DNA of 64,000 bases from Auanema rhodensis (GCA_964057225.1 OZ059896.1:3596001-3660000); one strand, 5' to 3'; shown: positions 41,301 to 57,199, counted from the stretch's first letter. Made by a program: numbers and translations. The notes: generated by a model not told the origin, from the letters alone.

Positions 41301-43823
41301 GGGAATCTAATTTTGAAAACCGCATCTCTTTATCTTTCACGTGAAGCGAGTTACATACCAAGTGCACATCACGTGTACATTTAATTAGCATAAATTAAAG
41401 TTCACGTAAATTTCAAAGTCATGGTTACCATGAACCAATATCAATAAAAATTTGTTTTTAGACTAATATGGACATGGGGAATCTAATTTTGAAAACCGCA
41501 TCTCTTTATCTTTCACGTGAAGCGAGTTACATACCAAGTGCACATCACGTGTACATTTAATTAGCATAAATTAAAGTTCACGTAAATTTCAAAGTCATGG
41601 TTACCATGCACCAATATCAATAAAAATTTGTTTTTAGACTAATATGGACATGGAGAATCTAATTTTGAAAACCGCATCTCTTTATCTTTCACGTGAAGCG
41701 AGTTACATACCAAGTGCACATCACGTGTACATTTAATTAGCATAAATTAAAGTTCACGTAAATTTCAAAGTCATGGTTACCATGCACCAATATCAATAAA
41801 AATTTGTTTTTAGACTGATATGGACATGGGGAATCTAATTTTGAAAACCGCATCTCTTTATCTTTCACGTGAAGCGAGTTACATACCAAGTGCACATCAC
41901 GTGTACACTTAATTAGCATAAATTAAAGTTCACGTAAATTTCAAAGTCATGGTTACCATGCACCAATATCAATGAAAATTTGTTTTTAGACTAATATGGA
42001 CATGGGGAATCTAATTTTGAAAACCGCATCTCTTTATCTTTCAAGTGAAGCGAGTTACATACCAAGTGCACATCACGTGTACATTTAATTAGCATAAATT
42101 AAAGTTCACGTAAATTTCAAAGTCATGGTTACCATGCACCAATATCAATAAAAATTTGTTTTTAGACTAATATGGACATGGGGAATCTAATTTTGAAAAC
42201 CGCATCTCTTTATCTTTCACGTGAAGCGAGTTACATACCAAGTGCACATCACGTGTACATTTAATTAGCATAAATTAAAGTTCACGTAAATTTCAAAGTC
42301 ATGGTTACCATGCACCAATATCAATAAAAATTTGTTTTTAGACTAATATGAACATGGGGAATCTAATTTTGAAAACCGCATCTCTTTATCTTTCACGTGA
42401 AGCGAGTTACATACCAAGTGCACATAACGTGTACATTTAATTAGCATAAATTAAAGTTCACGTAAATTTCAAAGTCATGGTTACCATGCACCAATATCAA
42501 TAAAAATTTGTTTTTAGACTAATATGGACATGGAGAATCTAATTTTGAAAACCGCATCTCTTTATCTTTGACGTGAAGCGAGTTACATACCAAGTGCACA
42601 TCACGTGTACATTTAATTAGCATAAATTAAAGTTCACGTAAATTTCAAAGTCATGGTTACCATGCACCAATATTAATAAAAATTTGTTTTTAAACTAATA
42701 TGGACATGGGGAATCTAATTTTGAAAACCGCATCTCTTTATCTTTCACGTGAAGCGAGTTACATACCAAGTGCACATCACGTGTACATTTAATTAGCATA
42801 AATTAAAGTTCACGTAAATTTCAAAGTCATGGTTACCATGAACCAATATCAATAAAAATTTGTTTTTAGACTAATATGGACATGGGGAATCTAATTTTGA
42901 AAATCGCATCTCTTTATCTTTCACGTGAAGCGAGTTACATACCAAGTGCACATCACGTGTACATTTAATTAGCATAAATTAAAGTTCACGTAAATTTCAA
43001 AGTCATGGTTACCATGAACCAATATCAATAAAAATTTGTTTTTAGACTAATATGGACATGGGGAATCTAATTTTGAAAACCGCATCTCTTTATCTTTCAC
43101 GTGAAGCGAGTTACATACCAAGTGCACATCACGTGTACATTTAATTAGCATAAATTAAAGTTCACGTAAATTTCAAAGTCATGGTTACCATGCACCAATA
43201 TTAATAAAAATTTGTTTTTAGACTAATATGGACATGGGGAATCTAATTTTGAAAACCGCATCTCTTTATCTTTCACGTGAAGCGAGTTACATACCAAGTG
43301 CACATCACGTGTACATTTAATTAGCATAAATTAAAGTTCACGTAAATTTCAAAGTCATGGTTACCATGCACCAATATCAATAAAAATTTGTTTTTAGACT
43401 AATATGGACATGGAGAATCTAATTTTGAAAACCGCATCTCTTTATCTTTCACGTGAAGCGAGTTACATACCAAGTGCACATCACGTGTACATTTAATTAG
43501 CATAAATTAAAGTTCACGTAAATTTCAAAGTCATGGTTACCATGCACCAATATCAATAAAAATTTGTTTTTAGACTAATATGGACATGGGGAATCTAATT
43601 TTGAAAACCGCATCTCTTTATCTTTCACGTGAAGCGAGTTACATACCAAGTGCACATCACGTGTACACTTAATTAGCATAAATTAAAGTTCACGTAAATT
43701 TCAAAGTCATGGTTACCATGCACCAATATCAATAAAAATTTGTTTTTAGACTAATATGGACATGGGGAATCTAATTTTGAAAACCGCATCTCTTTATCTT
43801 TCAAGTGAAGCGAGTTACATACC

Positions 43824-45231
43824 AAGTGCACATCACGTGTACATTTAATTAGCATAAATTAAAGTTCACGTAAATTTCAAAGTCATGGTTACCATGCACC
43901 AATATCAATAAAAATTTGTTTTTAGACTAATATGGACATGGGGAATCTAATTTTGAAAACCGCATCTCTTTATCTTTCACGTGAAGCGAGTTACATACCA
44001 AGTGCACATCACGTGTACATTTAATTAGCATAAATTAAAGTTCACGTAAATTTCAAAGTCATGGTTACCATGCACCAATATCAATAAAAATTTGTTTTTA
44101 GACTAATATGGACACGGAGAATCTAATTTTGAAAACCGCATCTCTTTATCTTTCACGTGAAGCGAGTTACATACCAAGTGCACATCACGTGTACATTTAA
44201 TTAGCATAAATTAAAGTTCACGTAAATTTCAAAGTCATGGTTACCATGAACCAATATCAATAAAAATTTGTTTTCAGACTAATTTGGACATGGGGAATCT
44301 AATTTTGAAAACCGCATCTCTTTATCTTTCAAGTGAAGCGAGTTACATACCAAGTGCACATCACGTGTACATTTAATTAGCATAAATTAAAGTTCACGTA
44401 AATTTCAAAGTCATGGTTACCATGCACCAATATTAATAAAAATTTGTTTTTAGACTAATATGGACATGAGGAATCTAATTTTGAAAATCGCATCTCTTTA
44501 TCTTTCAAGTGAAGCGAGTTACATACCAAGTGCACATCACGTGTACATTTAATTAGCATAAATTAAAGTTCACGTAAATTTCAAAGTCATGGTTACCATG
44601 CACCAATATCAATAAAAATTTGTTTTTAGACTAATATGGACATGGGGAATCTAATTTTGAAAACCGCATCTCTTTATCTTTCACGTGAAGCGAGTTACAT
44701 ACCAAGTGCACATCACGTGTACATTTAATTAGCATAAATTAAAGTTCACGTAAATTTCAAAGTCATGGTTACCATGCACCAATATCAATAAAAATTTGTT
44801 TTTAGACTAATATGGACCCGGAGAATCTAATTTTGAAAACCGCATCTCTTTATCTTTCACGTGAAGCGAGTTACATACCAAGTGCACATCACGTGTACAT
44901 TTAATTAGCATAAATTAAAGTTCACGTAAATTTCAAAGTCATGGTTACCATGAACCAATATCAATAAAAATTTGTTTTCAGACTAATTTGGACATGGGGA
45001 ATCTAATTTTGAAAACCGCATCTCTTTATCTTTCAAGTGAAGCGAGTTACATACCAAGTGCACATCACGTGTACATTTAATTAGCATAAATTAAAGTTCA
45101 CGTAAATTTCAAAGTCATGGTTACCATGCACCAATATTAATAAAAATTTGTTTTTAGACTAATATGGACATGAGGAATCTAATTTTGAAAATCGCATCTC
45201 TTTATCTTTCACGTGAAGCGAGTTACATACC
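43824..45231 (+). repeat. 4-monomer block (704 bp) x2
   Basis: Order [consensus],[T116C+G119A],[T100C+A109T+C157A],[C83T+G118A+C137T] at 43824 and again at 44528. Confidence 0.78.
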
Positions 45232-48200
45232 AAGTGCACATCACGTGTACATTTAATTAGCATAAATTAAAGTTCACGTAAATTTCAAAGTCATGGTTAC
45301 CATGAACCAATATCAATAAAAATTTGTTTTTAGACTAATATGGACATGGGGAATCTAATTTTGAAAACCGCATCTCTTTATCTTTCACGTGAAGCGAGTT
45401 ACATACCAAGTGCACATCACGTGTACATTTAATTAGCATAAAGTAAAGTTCACGTAAATTTCAAAGTCATGGTTACCATGAACCAATATCAATAAAAATT
45501 TGTTTTTAGACTAATATGGACATGGGGAATCTAATTTTGAAAACCGCATCTCTTTATCTTTCACGTGAAGCGAGTTACATACCAAGTGCACATCACGTGT
45601 ACATTTAATTAGCATAAATTAAAGTTCACGTAAATTTCAAAGTCATGGTTACCATGCACCAATATTAATAAAAATGCGTTTTTAGACTAATATGGACATG
45701 GGGAATCTAATTTTGAAAACCGCATCTCTTTATCTTTCACGTGAAGCGAGTTACATACCAAGTGCACATCACGTGTACATTTAATTAGCATAAATTAAAG
45801 TTCACGTAAATTTCAAAGTCATGGTTACCATGCACCAATATCAATAAAAATTTGTTTTTAGACTAATATGAACATGGGGAATCTAATTTTGAAAACCGCA
45901 TCTTTTTATCTTTCACGTGAAGCGAGTTACATACCAAGTGCACATCACGTGTACATTTAATTAGCATAAATTAAAGTTCACGTAAATTTCAAAGTCATGG
46001 TTACCATGCACCAATTTTAATAAAAATTTGTTTTTAAACTAATATGGACATGGGGAATCTAATTTTGAAAACCGCATCTCTTTATCTTTCACGTGAAGCG
46101 AGTTACATACCAAGTGCACATCACGTGTACATTTAATTAGCATAAATTAAAGTTCACGTAAATTTCAAAGTCATGGTTACCATGCACCAATATTAATAAA
46201 AATTTGTTTTTAGATTAATATGGACATGGGGAATCTAATTTTGAAAACCGCATCTCTTTATCTTTCACGTGAAGCGAGTTACATACCAAGTGCACATCAC
46301 GTGTACATTTAATTAGCATAAATTAAAGTTCACGTAAATTTCAAAGTCATGGTTACCATGCACCAATATCAATAAAAATTCGTTTTTAGACTAATTTGGA
46401 CATGGGGAATCTAATTTTGAAAACCGCATCTCTTTATCTTTCACGTGAAGCGAGTTACATACCGAGTGCACATCACGTGTACATTTAATTAGCATAAATT
46501 AAAGTTCACGTAAATTTCAAAGTCATGGTTACCATGAACCAATATCAATAAAAATTTGTTTTTAGACTAATATGGACATGGGGAATCTAATTTTGAAAAC
46601 CGCATCTCTTTATCTTTCACGTGAAGCGAGTTACATACCAAGTGCACATCACGTGTACATTTAATTAGCATAAATTAAAGTTCACGTAAATTTCAAAGTC
46701 ATGGTTACCATGCACCAATATTAATAAAAATTTGTTTTTAGACTAATATGGACATGGGGAATCTAATTTTGAAAACCGCATCTCTTTATCTTTCACGTGA
46801 AGCGAGTTACATACCAAGTGCACATCACGTGTACATTTAATTAGCATAAATTAAAGTTCACGTAAATTTCAAAGTCATGGTTACCATGAACCAATATCAA
46901 TAAAAATTTGTTTTTAGACTAATATGGACATGGGGAATCTAATTTTGAAAACCGCATCTCTTTATCTTTCACGTGAAGCGAGTTACATACCAAGTGCACA
47001 TCACGTGTACATTTAATTAGCATAAAGTAAAGTTCACGTAAATTTCAAAGTCATGGTTACCATGAACCAATATCAATAAAAATTTGTTTTTAGACTAATA
47101 TGGACATGGGGAATCTAATTTTGAAAACCGCATCTCTTTATCTTTCACGTGAAGCGAGTTACATACCAAGTGCACATCACGTGTACATTTAATTAGCATA
47201 AATTAAAGTTCACGTAAATTTCAAAGTCATGGTTACCATGCACCAATATTAATAAAAATTTGTTTTTAGACTAATATGGACATGAGGAATCTAATTTTGA
47301 AAATCGCATCTCTTTATCTTTCACGTGAAGCGAGTTACATACCAAGTGCACATCACGTGTACATTTAATTAGCATAAATTAAAGTTCACGTAAATTTCAA
47401 AGTCATGGTTACCATGAACCAATATCAATAAAAATTTGTTTTTAGACTAATATGGACATGGGGAATCTAATTTTGAAAACCGCATCTCTTTATCTTTCAC
47501 GTGAAGCGAGTTACATACCAAGTGCACATCACGTGTACATTTAATTAGCATAAAGTAAAGTTCACGTAAATTTCAAAGTCATGGTTACCATGAACCAATA
47601 TCAATAAAAATTTGTTTTTAGACTAATATGGACATGGGGAATCTAATTTTGAAAACCGCATCTCTTTATCTTTCACGTGAAGCGAGTTACATACCAAGTG
47701 CACATCACGTGTACATTTAATTAGCATAAATTAAAGTTCACGTAAATTTCAAAGTCATGGTTACCATGCACCAATATTAATAAAAATGCGTTTTTAGACT
47801 AATATGGACATGGGGAATCTAATTTTGAAAACCGCATCTCTTTATCTTTCACGTGAAGCGAGTTACATACCAAGTGCACATCACGTGTACATTTAATTAG
47901 CATAAATTAAAGTTCACGTAAATTTCAAAGTCATGGTTACCATGCACCAATATCAATAAAAATTTGTTTTTAGACTAATATGAACATGGGGAATCTAATT
48001 TTGAAAACCGCATCTTTTTATCTTTCACGTGAAGCGAGTTACATACCAAGTGCACATCACGTGTACATTTAATTAGCATAAATTAAAGTTCACGTAAATT
48101 TCAAAGTCATGGTTACCATGCACCAATTTTAATAAAAATTTGTTTTTAAACTAATATGGACATGGGGAATCTAATTTTGAAAACCGCATCTCTTTATCTT

Positions 48201-48927
48201 TCACGTGAAGCGAGTTACATACCAAGTGCACATCACGTGTACATTTAATTAGCATAAATTAAAGTTCACGTAAATTTCAAAGTCATGGTTACCATGCACC
48301 AATATTAATAAAAATTTGTTTTTAGATTAATATGGACATGGGGAATCTAATTTTGAAAACCGCATCTCTTTATCTTTCACGTGAAGCGAGTTACATACCA
48401 AGTGCACATCACGTGTACATTTAATTAGCATAAATTAAAGTTCACGTAAATTTCAAAGTCATGGTTACCATGCACCAATATCAATAAAAATTCGTTTTTA
48501 GACTAATTTGGACATGGGGAATCTAATTTTGAAAACCGCATCTCTTTATCTTTCACGTGAAGCGAGTTACATACCGAGTGCACATCACGTGTACATTTAA
48601 TTAGCATAAATTAAAGTTCACGTAAATTTCAAAGTCATGGTTACCATGAACCAATATCAATAAAAATTTGTTTTTAGACTAATATGGACATGGGGAATCT
48701 AATTTTGAAAACCGCATCTCTTTATCTTTCACGTGAAGCGAGTTACATACCAAGTGCACATCACGTGTACATTTAATTAGCATAAATTAAAGTTCACGTA
48801 AATTTCAAAGTCATGGTTACCATGCACCAATATTAATAAAAATTTGTTTTTAGACTAATATGGACATGGGGAATCTAATTTTGAAAACCGCATCTCTTTA
48901 TCTTTCACGTGAAGCGAGTTACATACC
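45056..48927 (+). repeat. Local HOR: 12-monomer period (2112 bp), about 1.8 copies, different from the 12-mer at 6.7-11 kb
   Basis: Private markers AAATGCGTT (units 45584/47696), TCTTTTT (45760/47872), AATTTTA (45936/48048), AGATTA (46112/48224) and ATTCGTT (46288/48400), all 2112 bp apart. Confidence 0.92.
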
Positions 48928-51900
48928 AAGTGCACATCACGTGTACATTTAATTAGCATAAATTAAAGTTCACGTAAATTTCAAAGTCATGGTTACCATG
49001 CACCAATATCAATAAAAATTTGTTTTTAGACTAATATGGACATGGAGAATCTAATTTTGAAAACCGCATCTCTTTATCTTTCACGTGAAGCGAGTTACAT
49101 ACCAAGTGCACATCACGTGTACATTTAATTAGCATAAATTAAAGTTCACGTAAATTTCAAAGTCATGGTTACCATGCACCAATATCAATAAAAATTTGTT
49201 TTTAGACTAATATGGACATGGGGAATCTAATTTTGAAAACCGCATCTCTTTATCTTTCACGTGAAGCGAGTTACATACCAAGTGCACATCGCGTGTACAC
49301 TTAATTAGCATAAATTAAAGTTCACGTAAATTTCAAAGTCATGGTTACCATGCACCAATATCAATAAAAATTTGTTTTTAGACTAATATGGACATGGGGA
49401 ATCTAATTTTGAAAACCGCATCTCTTTATCTTTCAAGTGAAGCGAGTTACATACCAAGTGCACATCACGTGTACATTTAATTAGCATAAATTAAAGTTCA
49501 CGTAAATTTCAAAGTCATGGTTACCATGCACCAATATCAATAAAAATTTGTTTTTAGACTAATATGGACATGGGGAATCTAATTTTGAAAATCGCATCTC
49601 TTTATCTTTCACGTGAAGCGAGTTACATACCAAGTGCACATCACGTGTACATTTAATTAGCATAAATTAAAGTTCACGTAAATTTCAAAGTCATGGTTAC
49701 CATGAACCAATATCAATAAAAATTTGTTTTTAGACTAATATGGACATGGGGAATCTAATTTTGAAAACCGCATCTCTTTATCTTTCACGTGAAGCGAGTT
49801 ACATACCAAGTGCACATCACGTGTACATTTAATTAGCATAAATTAAAGTTCACGTAAATTTCAAAGTCATGGTTACCATGCACCAATATCAATAAAAATT
49901 TGTTTTTAGACTAATATGGACATGGGGAATCTAATTTTGAAAATCGCATCTCTTTATCTTTCACGTGAAGCGAGTTACATACCAAGTGCACATCACGTGT
50001 ACATTTAATTAGCATAAATTAAAGTTCACGTAAACTTCAAAGTCATGGTTACCATGAACCAATATCAATAAAAATTTGTTTTTAGACTAATATGGACATG
50101 GGGAATCTAATTTTTAAAACCGCATCTCTTTATCTTTTACGTGAAGCGAGTTACATACCAAGTGCACATCACGTGTACATTTAATTAGCATAAATTAAAG
50201 TTCACGTAAATTTCAAAGTCATGGTTACCATGAACCAATATCAATAAAAATTTGTTTTTAGACTAATATGGACATGGGGAATCTAATTTTGAAAACCGCA
50301 TCTCTTTATCTTTCACGTGAAGCGAGTTACATACCAAGTGCACATCACGTGTACATTTAATTAGCATAAATTAAAGTTCACGTAAATTTCAAAGTCATGG
50401 TTACCATGCACCAATATCAATAAAAATTTGTTTTTAGACTAATTTGGACATGGGGAATCTAATTTTGAAAACCGCATCTCTTTATCTTTCAAGTGAAGCG
50501 AGTTACATACCAAGTGCACATCACGTGTACATTTAATTAGCATAAATTAAAGTTCACGTAAATTTCAAAGTCATGGTTACCATGCACCAATATTAATAAA
50601 AATTTGTTTTTAGACTAATATGGACATGAGGAATCTAATTTTGAAAACCGCATCTCTTTATCTTTCACGTGAAGCGAGTTACATACCAAGTGCACATCAC
50701 GTGTACATTTAATTAGCATAAATTAAAGTTCACGTAAATTTCAAAGTCATGGTTACCATGAACCAATATCAATAAAAATTTGTTTTTAGACTAATATGGA
50801 CATGGGGAATCTAATTTTGAAAACCGCATCTCTTTATCTTTCACGTGAAGCGAGTTACATACCAAGTGCACATCACGTGTACATTTAATTAGCATAAATT
50901 AAAGTTCACGTAAATTTCAAAGTCATGGTTACCATGCACCAATATCAATAAAAATTTGTTTTTAGACTAATATGGACATGGAGAATCTAATTTTGAAAAC
51001 CGCATCTCTTTATCTTTCACGTGAAGCGAGTTACATACCAAGTGCACATCACGTGTACATTTAATTAGCATAAATTAAAGTTCACGTAAATTTCAAAGTC
51101 ATGGTTACCATGCACCAATATCAATAAAAATTTGTTTTTAGACTAATATGGACATGGAGAATCTAATTTTGAAAATCGCATCTCTTTATCTTTCACGTGA
51201 AGCGAGTTACATACCAAGTGCACATCACGTGTACATTTAATTAGCATAAATTAAAGTTCACGTAAATTTCAAAGTCATGGTTACCATGAACCAATATCAA
51301 TAAAAATTTGTTTTTAGACTAATATGGACATGGGGAATCTAATTTTGAAAACCGCATCTCTTTATCTTTCACGTGAAGCGAGTTACATACCAAGTGCACA
51401 TCACGTGTACATTTAATTAGCATAAATTAAAGTTCACGTAAATTTCAAAGTCATGGTTACCATGCACCAATATTGATAAAAATTTGTTTTTAGACTAATA
51501 TGGACATGGGGAATCTAATTTTGAAAACCGCATCTCTTTATCTTTCACGTGAAGCGAGTTACATACCAAGTGCACATCACGTGTACATTTAATTAGCATA
51601 AATTAAAGTTCACGTAAATTTCAAAGTCATGGTTACCATGCACCAATATCAATAAAAATTTGTTTTTAGACTAATATGGACATGGAGAATCTAATTTTGA
51701 AAACCGCATCTCTTTATCTTTCACGTGAAGCGAGTTACATACCAGGTGCACATCACGTGTACATTTAATTAGCATAAATTAAAGTTCACGTAAATTTCAA
51801 AGTCATGGTTACCATGCACCAATATCAATAAAAATTTGTTTTTAGACTAATATGAACATGGGGAATCTAATTTTGAAAACCGCATCTCTTTATCTTTCAC

Positions 51901-54383
51901 GTGAAGCGAGTTACATACCAAGTGCACATAACGTGTACATTTAATTAGCATAAATTAAAGTTCACGTAAATTTCAAAGTCATGGTTACCATGCACCAATA
52001 TCAATAAAAATTTGTTTTTAGACTAATATGGACATGGAGAATCTAATTTTGAAAACCGCATCTCTTTATCTTTCACGTGAAGCGAGTTACATACCAAGTG
52101 CACATCACGTGTACATTTAATTAGCATAAATTAAAGTTCACGTAAATTTCAAAGTCATGGTTACCATGCACCAATATTAATAAAAATTTGTTTTTAAACT
52201 AATATGGACATGGGGAATCTAATTTTGAAAACCGCATCTCTTTATCTTTCACGTGAAGCGAGTTACATACCAAGTGCACATCACGTGTACATTTAATTAG
52301 CATAAATTAAAGTTCACGTAAATTTCAAAGTCATGGTTACCATGCACCAATATTAATAAAAATTTGTTTTTAGACTAATATGGACATGGGGAATCTAATT
52401 TTGAAAACCGCATCTCTTTATCTTTCACGTGAAGCGAGTTACATACCAAGTGCACATCACGTGTACATTTAATTAGCATAAATTAAAGTTCACGTAAATT
52501 TCAAAGTCATGGTTACCATGCACCAATATCAATAAAAATTTGTTTTTAGACTAATATGGACATGGAGAATCTAATTTTGAAAACCGCATCTCTTTATCTT
52601 TCACGTGAAGCGAGTTACATACCAAGTGCACATCACGTGTACATTTAATTAGCATAAATTAAAGTTCACGTAAATTTCAAAGTCATGGTTACCATGCACC
52701 AATATCAATAAAAATTTGTTTTTAGACTAATATGGACATGGGGAATCTAATTTTGAAAACCGCATCTCTTTATCTTTCACGTGAAGCGAGTTACATACCA
52801 AGTGCACATCACGTGTACACTTAATTAGCATAAATTAAAGTTCACGTAAATTTCAAAGTCATGGTTACCATGCACCAATATCAATAAAAATTTGTTTTTA
52901 GACTAATATGGACATGGGGAATCTAATTTTGAAAACCGCATCTCTTTATCTTTCAAGTGAAGCGAGTTACATACCAAGTGCACATCACGTGTACATTTAA
53001 TTAGCATAAATTAAAGTTCACGTAAATTTCAAAGTCATGGTTACCATGCACCAATATCAATAAAAATTTGTTTTTAGACTAATATGGACATGGGGAATCT
53101 AATTTTGAAAATCGCATCTCTTTATCTTTCACGTGAAGCGAGTTACATACCAAGTGCACATCACGTGTACATTTAATTAGCATAAATTAAAGTTCACGTA
53201 AATTTCAAAGTCATGGTTACCATGAACCAATATCAATAAAAATTTGTTTTTAGACTAATATGGACATGGGGAATCTAATTTTGAAAACCGCATCTCTTTA
53301 TCTTTCACGTGAAGCGAGTTACATACCAAGTGCACATCACGTGTACATTTAATTAGCATAAATTAAAGTTCACGTAAATTTCAAAGTCATGGTTACCATG
53401 CACCAATATCAATAAAAATTTGTTTTTAGACTAATATGGACATGGGGAATCTAATTTTGAAAATCGCATCTCTTTATCTTTCACGTGAAGCGAGTTACAT
53501 ACCAAGTGCACATCACGTGTACATTTAATTAGCATAAATTAAAGTTCACGTAAATTTCAAAGTCATGGTTAGCATGAACCAATATCAATAAAAATTTGTT
53601 TTTAGACTAATATGGACATGGGGAATCTAATTTTGAAAACCGCATCTCTTTATCTTTCACGTGAAGCGAGTTACATACCAAGTGCACATCACGTGTACAT
53701 TTAATTAGCATAAATTAAAGTTCACGTAAATTTCAAAGTCATGGTTACCATGAACCAATATCAATAAAAATTTGTTTTTAGACTAATATGGACATGAGGA
53801 ATCTAATTTTGAAAACCGCATCTCTTTATCTTTCACGTGAAGCGAGTTACATACCAAGTGCACATCACGTGTACATTTAATTAGCATAAATTAAAGTTCA
53901 CGTAAATTTCAAAGTCATGGTTACCATGCACCAATATCAATAAAAATTTGTTTTTAGACTAATTTGGACATGGGGAATCTAATTTTGAAAACCGCATCTC
54001 TTTATCTTTCAAGTGAAGCGAGTTACATACCAAGTGCACATCACGTGTACATTTAATTAGCATAAATTAAAGTTCACGTAAATTTCAAAGTCATGGTTAC
54101 CATGCACCAATATTAATAAAAATTTGTTTTTAGACTAATATGGACATGAGGAATCTAATTTTGAAAACCGCATCTCTTTATCTTCCACGTGAAGCGAGTT
54201 ACATACCAAGTGCACATCACGTGTACATTTAATTAGCATAAATTAAAGTTCACGTAAATTTCAAAGTCATGGTTACCGTGAACCAATATCAATAAAAATT
54301 TGTTTTTAGACTAATATGGACATGGGGAATCTAATTTTGAAAACCGCATCTCTTTATCTTTCACGTGAAGCGAGTTACATACC
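48752..54383 (+). repeat. Older 12-monomer block present twice at a 20-monomer offset (48752-50863 and 52272-54383)
   Basis: Same order of common variants (C83T; G119A; consensus; T21C+C157A; C137T; A74; C137T; A74; A74; A109T+C157A; C83T+G118A; A74), with several private SNVs in each copy. Confidence 0.72.
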
Positions 54384-55087
54384 AAGTGCACATCACGTGT
54401 ACATTTAATTAGCATAAATTAAAGTTCACGTAAATTTCAAAGTCATGGTTACCATGCACCAATATCAATAAAAATTTGTTTTTAGACTAATTTGAACATG
54501 GGGAATCTAATTTTGAAAACCGCATCTCTATATCTTTCAAGTGAAGCGAGTTACATACCAAGTGCACATCACGTGTACATTTAATTAGCATAAATTAAAG
54601 TTCACGTAAATTTCAAAGTCATGGTTACCATGCACCAATATTAATAAAAATTTGTTTTTAGACTAATAAGGACATGGGGAATCTAATTTTGAAAATCGCA
54701 TCTCTTTATCTTTCACGTGAAGCGAGTTACATACCAAGTGCATATCACGTGTACATTTAATTAGCATAAATTAAAGTTCACGTAAATTTCAAAGTCATGG
54801 TTACCATGAACCAATATCAATAAAAATTTGTTTTTAGACTAATATGGACATGGGGAATCTAATTTTGAAAACCGCATCTCTTTATCTTTCACGTGAAGCG
54901 AGTTACATACCAAGTGCACATCACGTGTACACTTAATTAGCATAAATTAAAGTTCACGTAAATTTCAAAGTCATGGTTACCATGCACCAATATCAATAAA
55001 AATTTGTTTTTAGACTAATATGGACATGGGGAATCTAATTTTGAAAACCGCATCTCTTTATCTTTCACGTGAAGCGAGTTACATACC

Positions 55088-56495
55088 AAGTGCACATCAC
55101 GTGTACATTTAATTAGCATAAATTAAAGTTCACGTAAATTTCAAAGTCATGGTTACCATGCACCAATATCAATAAAAATTTGTTTTTAGACTAATATGAA
55201 CATGGGGAATCTAATTTTGAAAACCGCATCTCTTTATCTTTCACGTGAAGCGAGTTACATACCAAGTGCACATAACGTGTACATTTAATTAGCATAAATT
55301 AAAGTTCACGTAAATTTCAAAGTCATGGTTACCATGCACCAATATCAATAAAAATTTGTTTTTAGACTAATATGGACATGGAGAATCTAATTTTGAAAAT
55401 CGCATCTCTTTATCTTTCACGTGAAACGAGTTACATACCAAGTGCACATCACGTGTACATTTAATTAGCATAAATTAAAGTTCACGTAAATTTCAAAGTC
55501 ATGGTTACCATGAACCAATATCAATAAAAATTTGTTTTTAGACTAATATGGACATGGGGAATCTAATTTTGAAAACCGCATCTCTTTATCTTTCACGTGA
55601 AGCGAGTTACATACCAAGTGCACATCACGTGTACATTTAATTAGCATAAATTAAAGTTCACGTAAATTTCAAAGTCATGGTTACCATGAACCAATATCAA
55701 TAAAAATTTGTTTTTAGACTAATATGGACATGGGGAATCTAATTTTGAAAACCGCATCTCTTTATCTTTCACGTGAAGCGAGTTACATACCAAGTGCACA
55801 TCACGTGTACATTTAATTAGCATAAATTAAAGTTCACGTAAATTTCAAAGTCATGGTTACCATGCACCAATATCAATAAAAATTTGTTTTTAGACTAATA
55901 TGAACATGGGGAATCTAATTTTGAAAACCGCATCTCTTTATCTTTCACGTGAAGCGAGTTACATACCAAGTGCACATAACGTGTACATTTAATTAGCATA
56001 AATTAAAGTTCACGTAAATTTCAAAGTCATGGTTACCATGCACCAATATCAATAAAAATTTGTTTTTAGACTAATATGGACATGGAGAATCTAATTTTGA
56101 AAATCGCATCTCTTTATCTTTCACGTGAAACGAGTTACATACCAAGTGCACATCACGTGTACATTTAATTAGCATAAATTAAAGTTCACGTAAATTTCAA
56201 AGTCATGGTTACCATGAACCAATATCAATAAAAATTTGTTTTTAGACTAATATGGACATGGGGAATCTAATTTTGAAAACCGCATCTCTTTATCTTTCAC
56301 GTGAAGCGAGTTACATACCAAGTGCACATCACGTGTACATTTAATTAGCATAAATTAAAGTTCACGTAAATTTCAAAGTCATGGTTACCATGAACCAATA
56401 TCAATAAAAATTTGTTTTTAGACTAATATGGACATGGGGAATCTAATTTTGAAAACCGCATCTCTTTATCTTTCACGTGAAGCGAGTTACATACC
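55088..56495 (+). repeat. 4-monomer block (704 bp) x2
   Basis: Order [G112A],[C11A+G119A+C137T+G163A],[A74],[A74] at 55088 and 55792; a third copy starts at 59312. Confidence 0.85.
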
Positions 56496-57199
56496 AAGTG
56501 CACATCACGTGTACATTTAATTAGCATAAATTAAAGTTCACGTAAATTTCAAAGTCATGGTTACCATGCACCAATATTAATAAAAATTTGTTTTTAGACT
56601 AATATGGACATGGGGAATCTAATTTTGAAAACCGCATCTCTTTATCTTTCACGTGAAGCGAGTTACATACCAAGTGCACATCACGAGTACATTTAATTAG
56701 CATAAATTAAAGTTCACGTAAATTTCAAAGTCATGGTTACCATGCACCAATATCAATAAAAATTTGTTTTTAGACTAATATGGACATGGAGAATCTAATT
56801 TTGAAAACCGCATCTCTTTATCTTTCACGTGAAGCGAGTTACATACCAAGTGCACATCACGTGTACATTTAATTAGCATAAATTAAAGTTCACGTAAATT
56901 TCAAAGTCATGGTTACCATGCACCAATATCAATAAAAATTTGTTTTTAGACTAATATGAACATGGGGAATCTAATTTTGAAAACCGCATCACTTTATCTT
57001 TCACGTGAAGCGAGTTACATACCAAGTGCACATAACGTGTACATTTAATTAGCATAAATTAAAGTTCACGTAAATTTCAAAGTCATGGTTACCATGCACC
57101 AATATCAATAAAAATTTGTTTTTAGACTAATTTGGACATGGGGAATCTAATTTTGAAAACCGCATCTCTTTATCTTTCAAGTGAAGCGAGTTACATACC

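Noticed and set aside
41737-41919. Identical 60-aa ORF
   Set aside because: Same SNV (41817) in a duplicated block; useful as a duplication marker, not evidence of coding.
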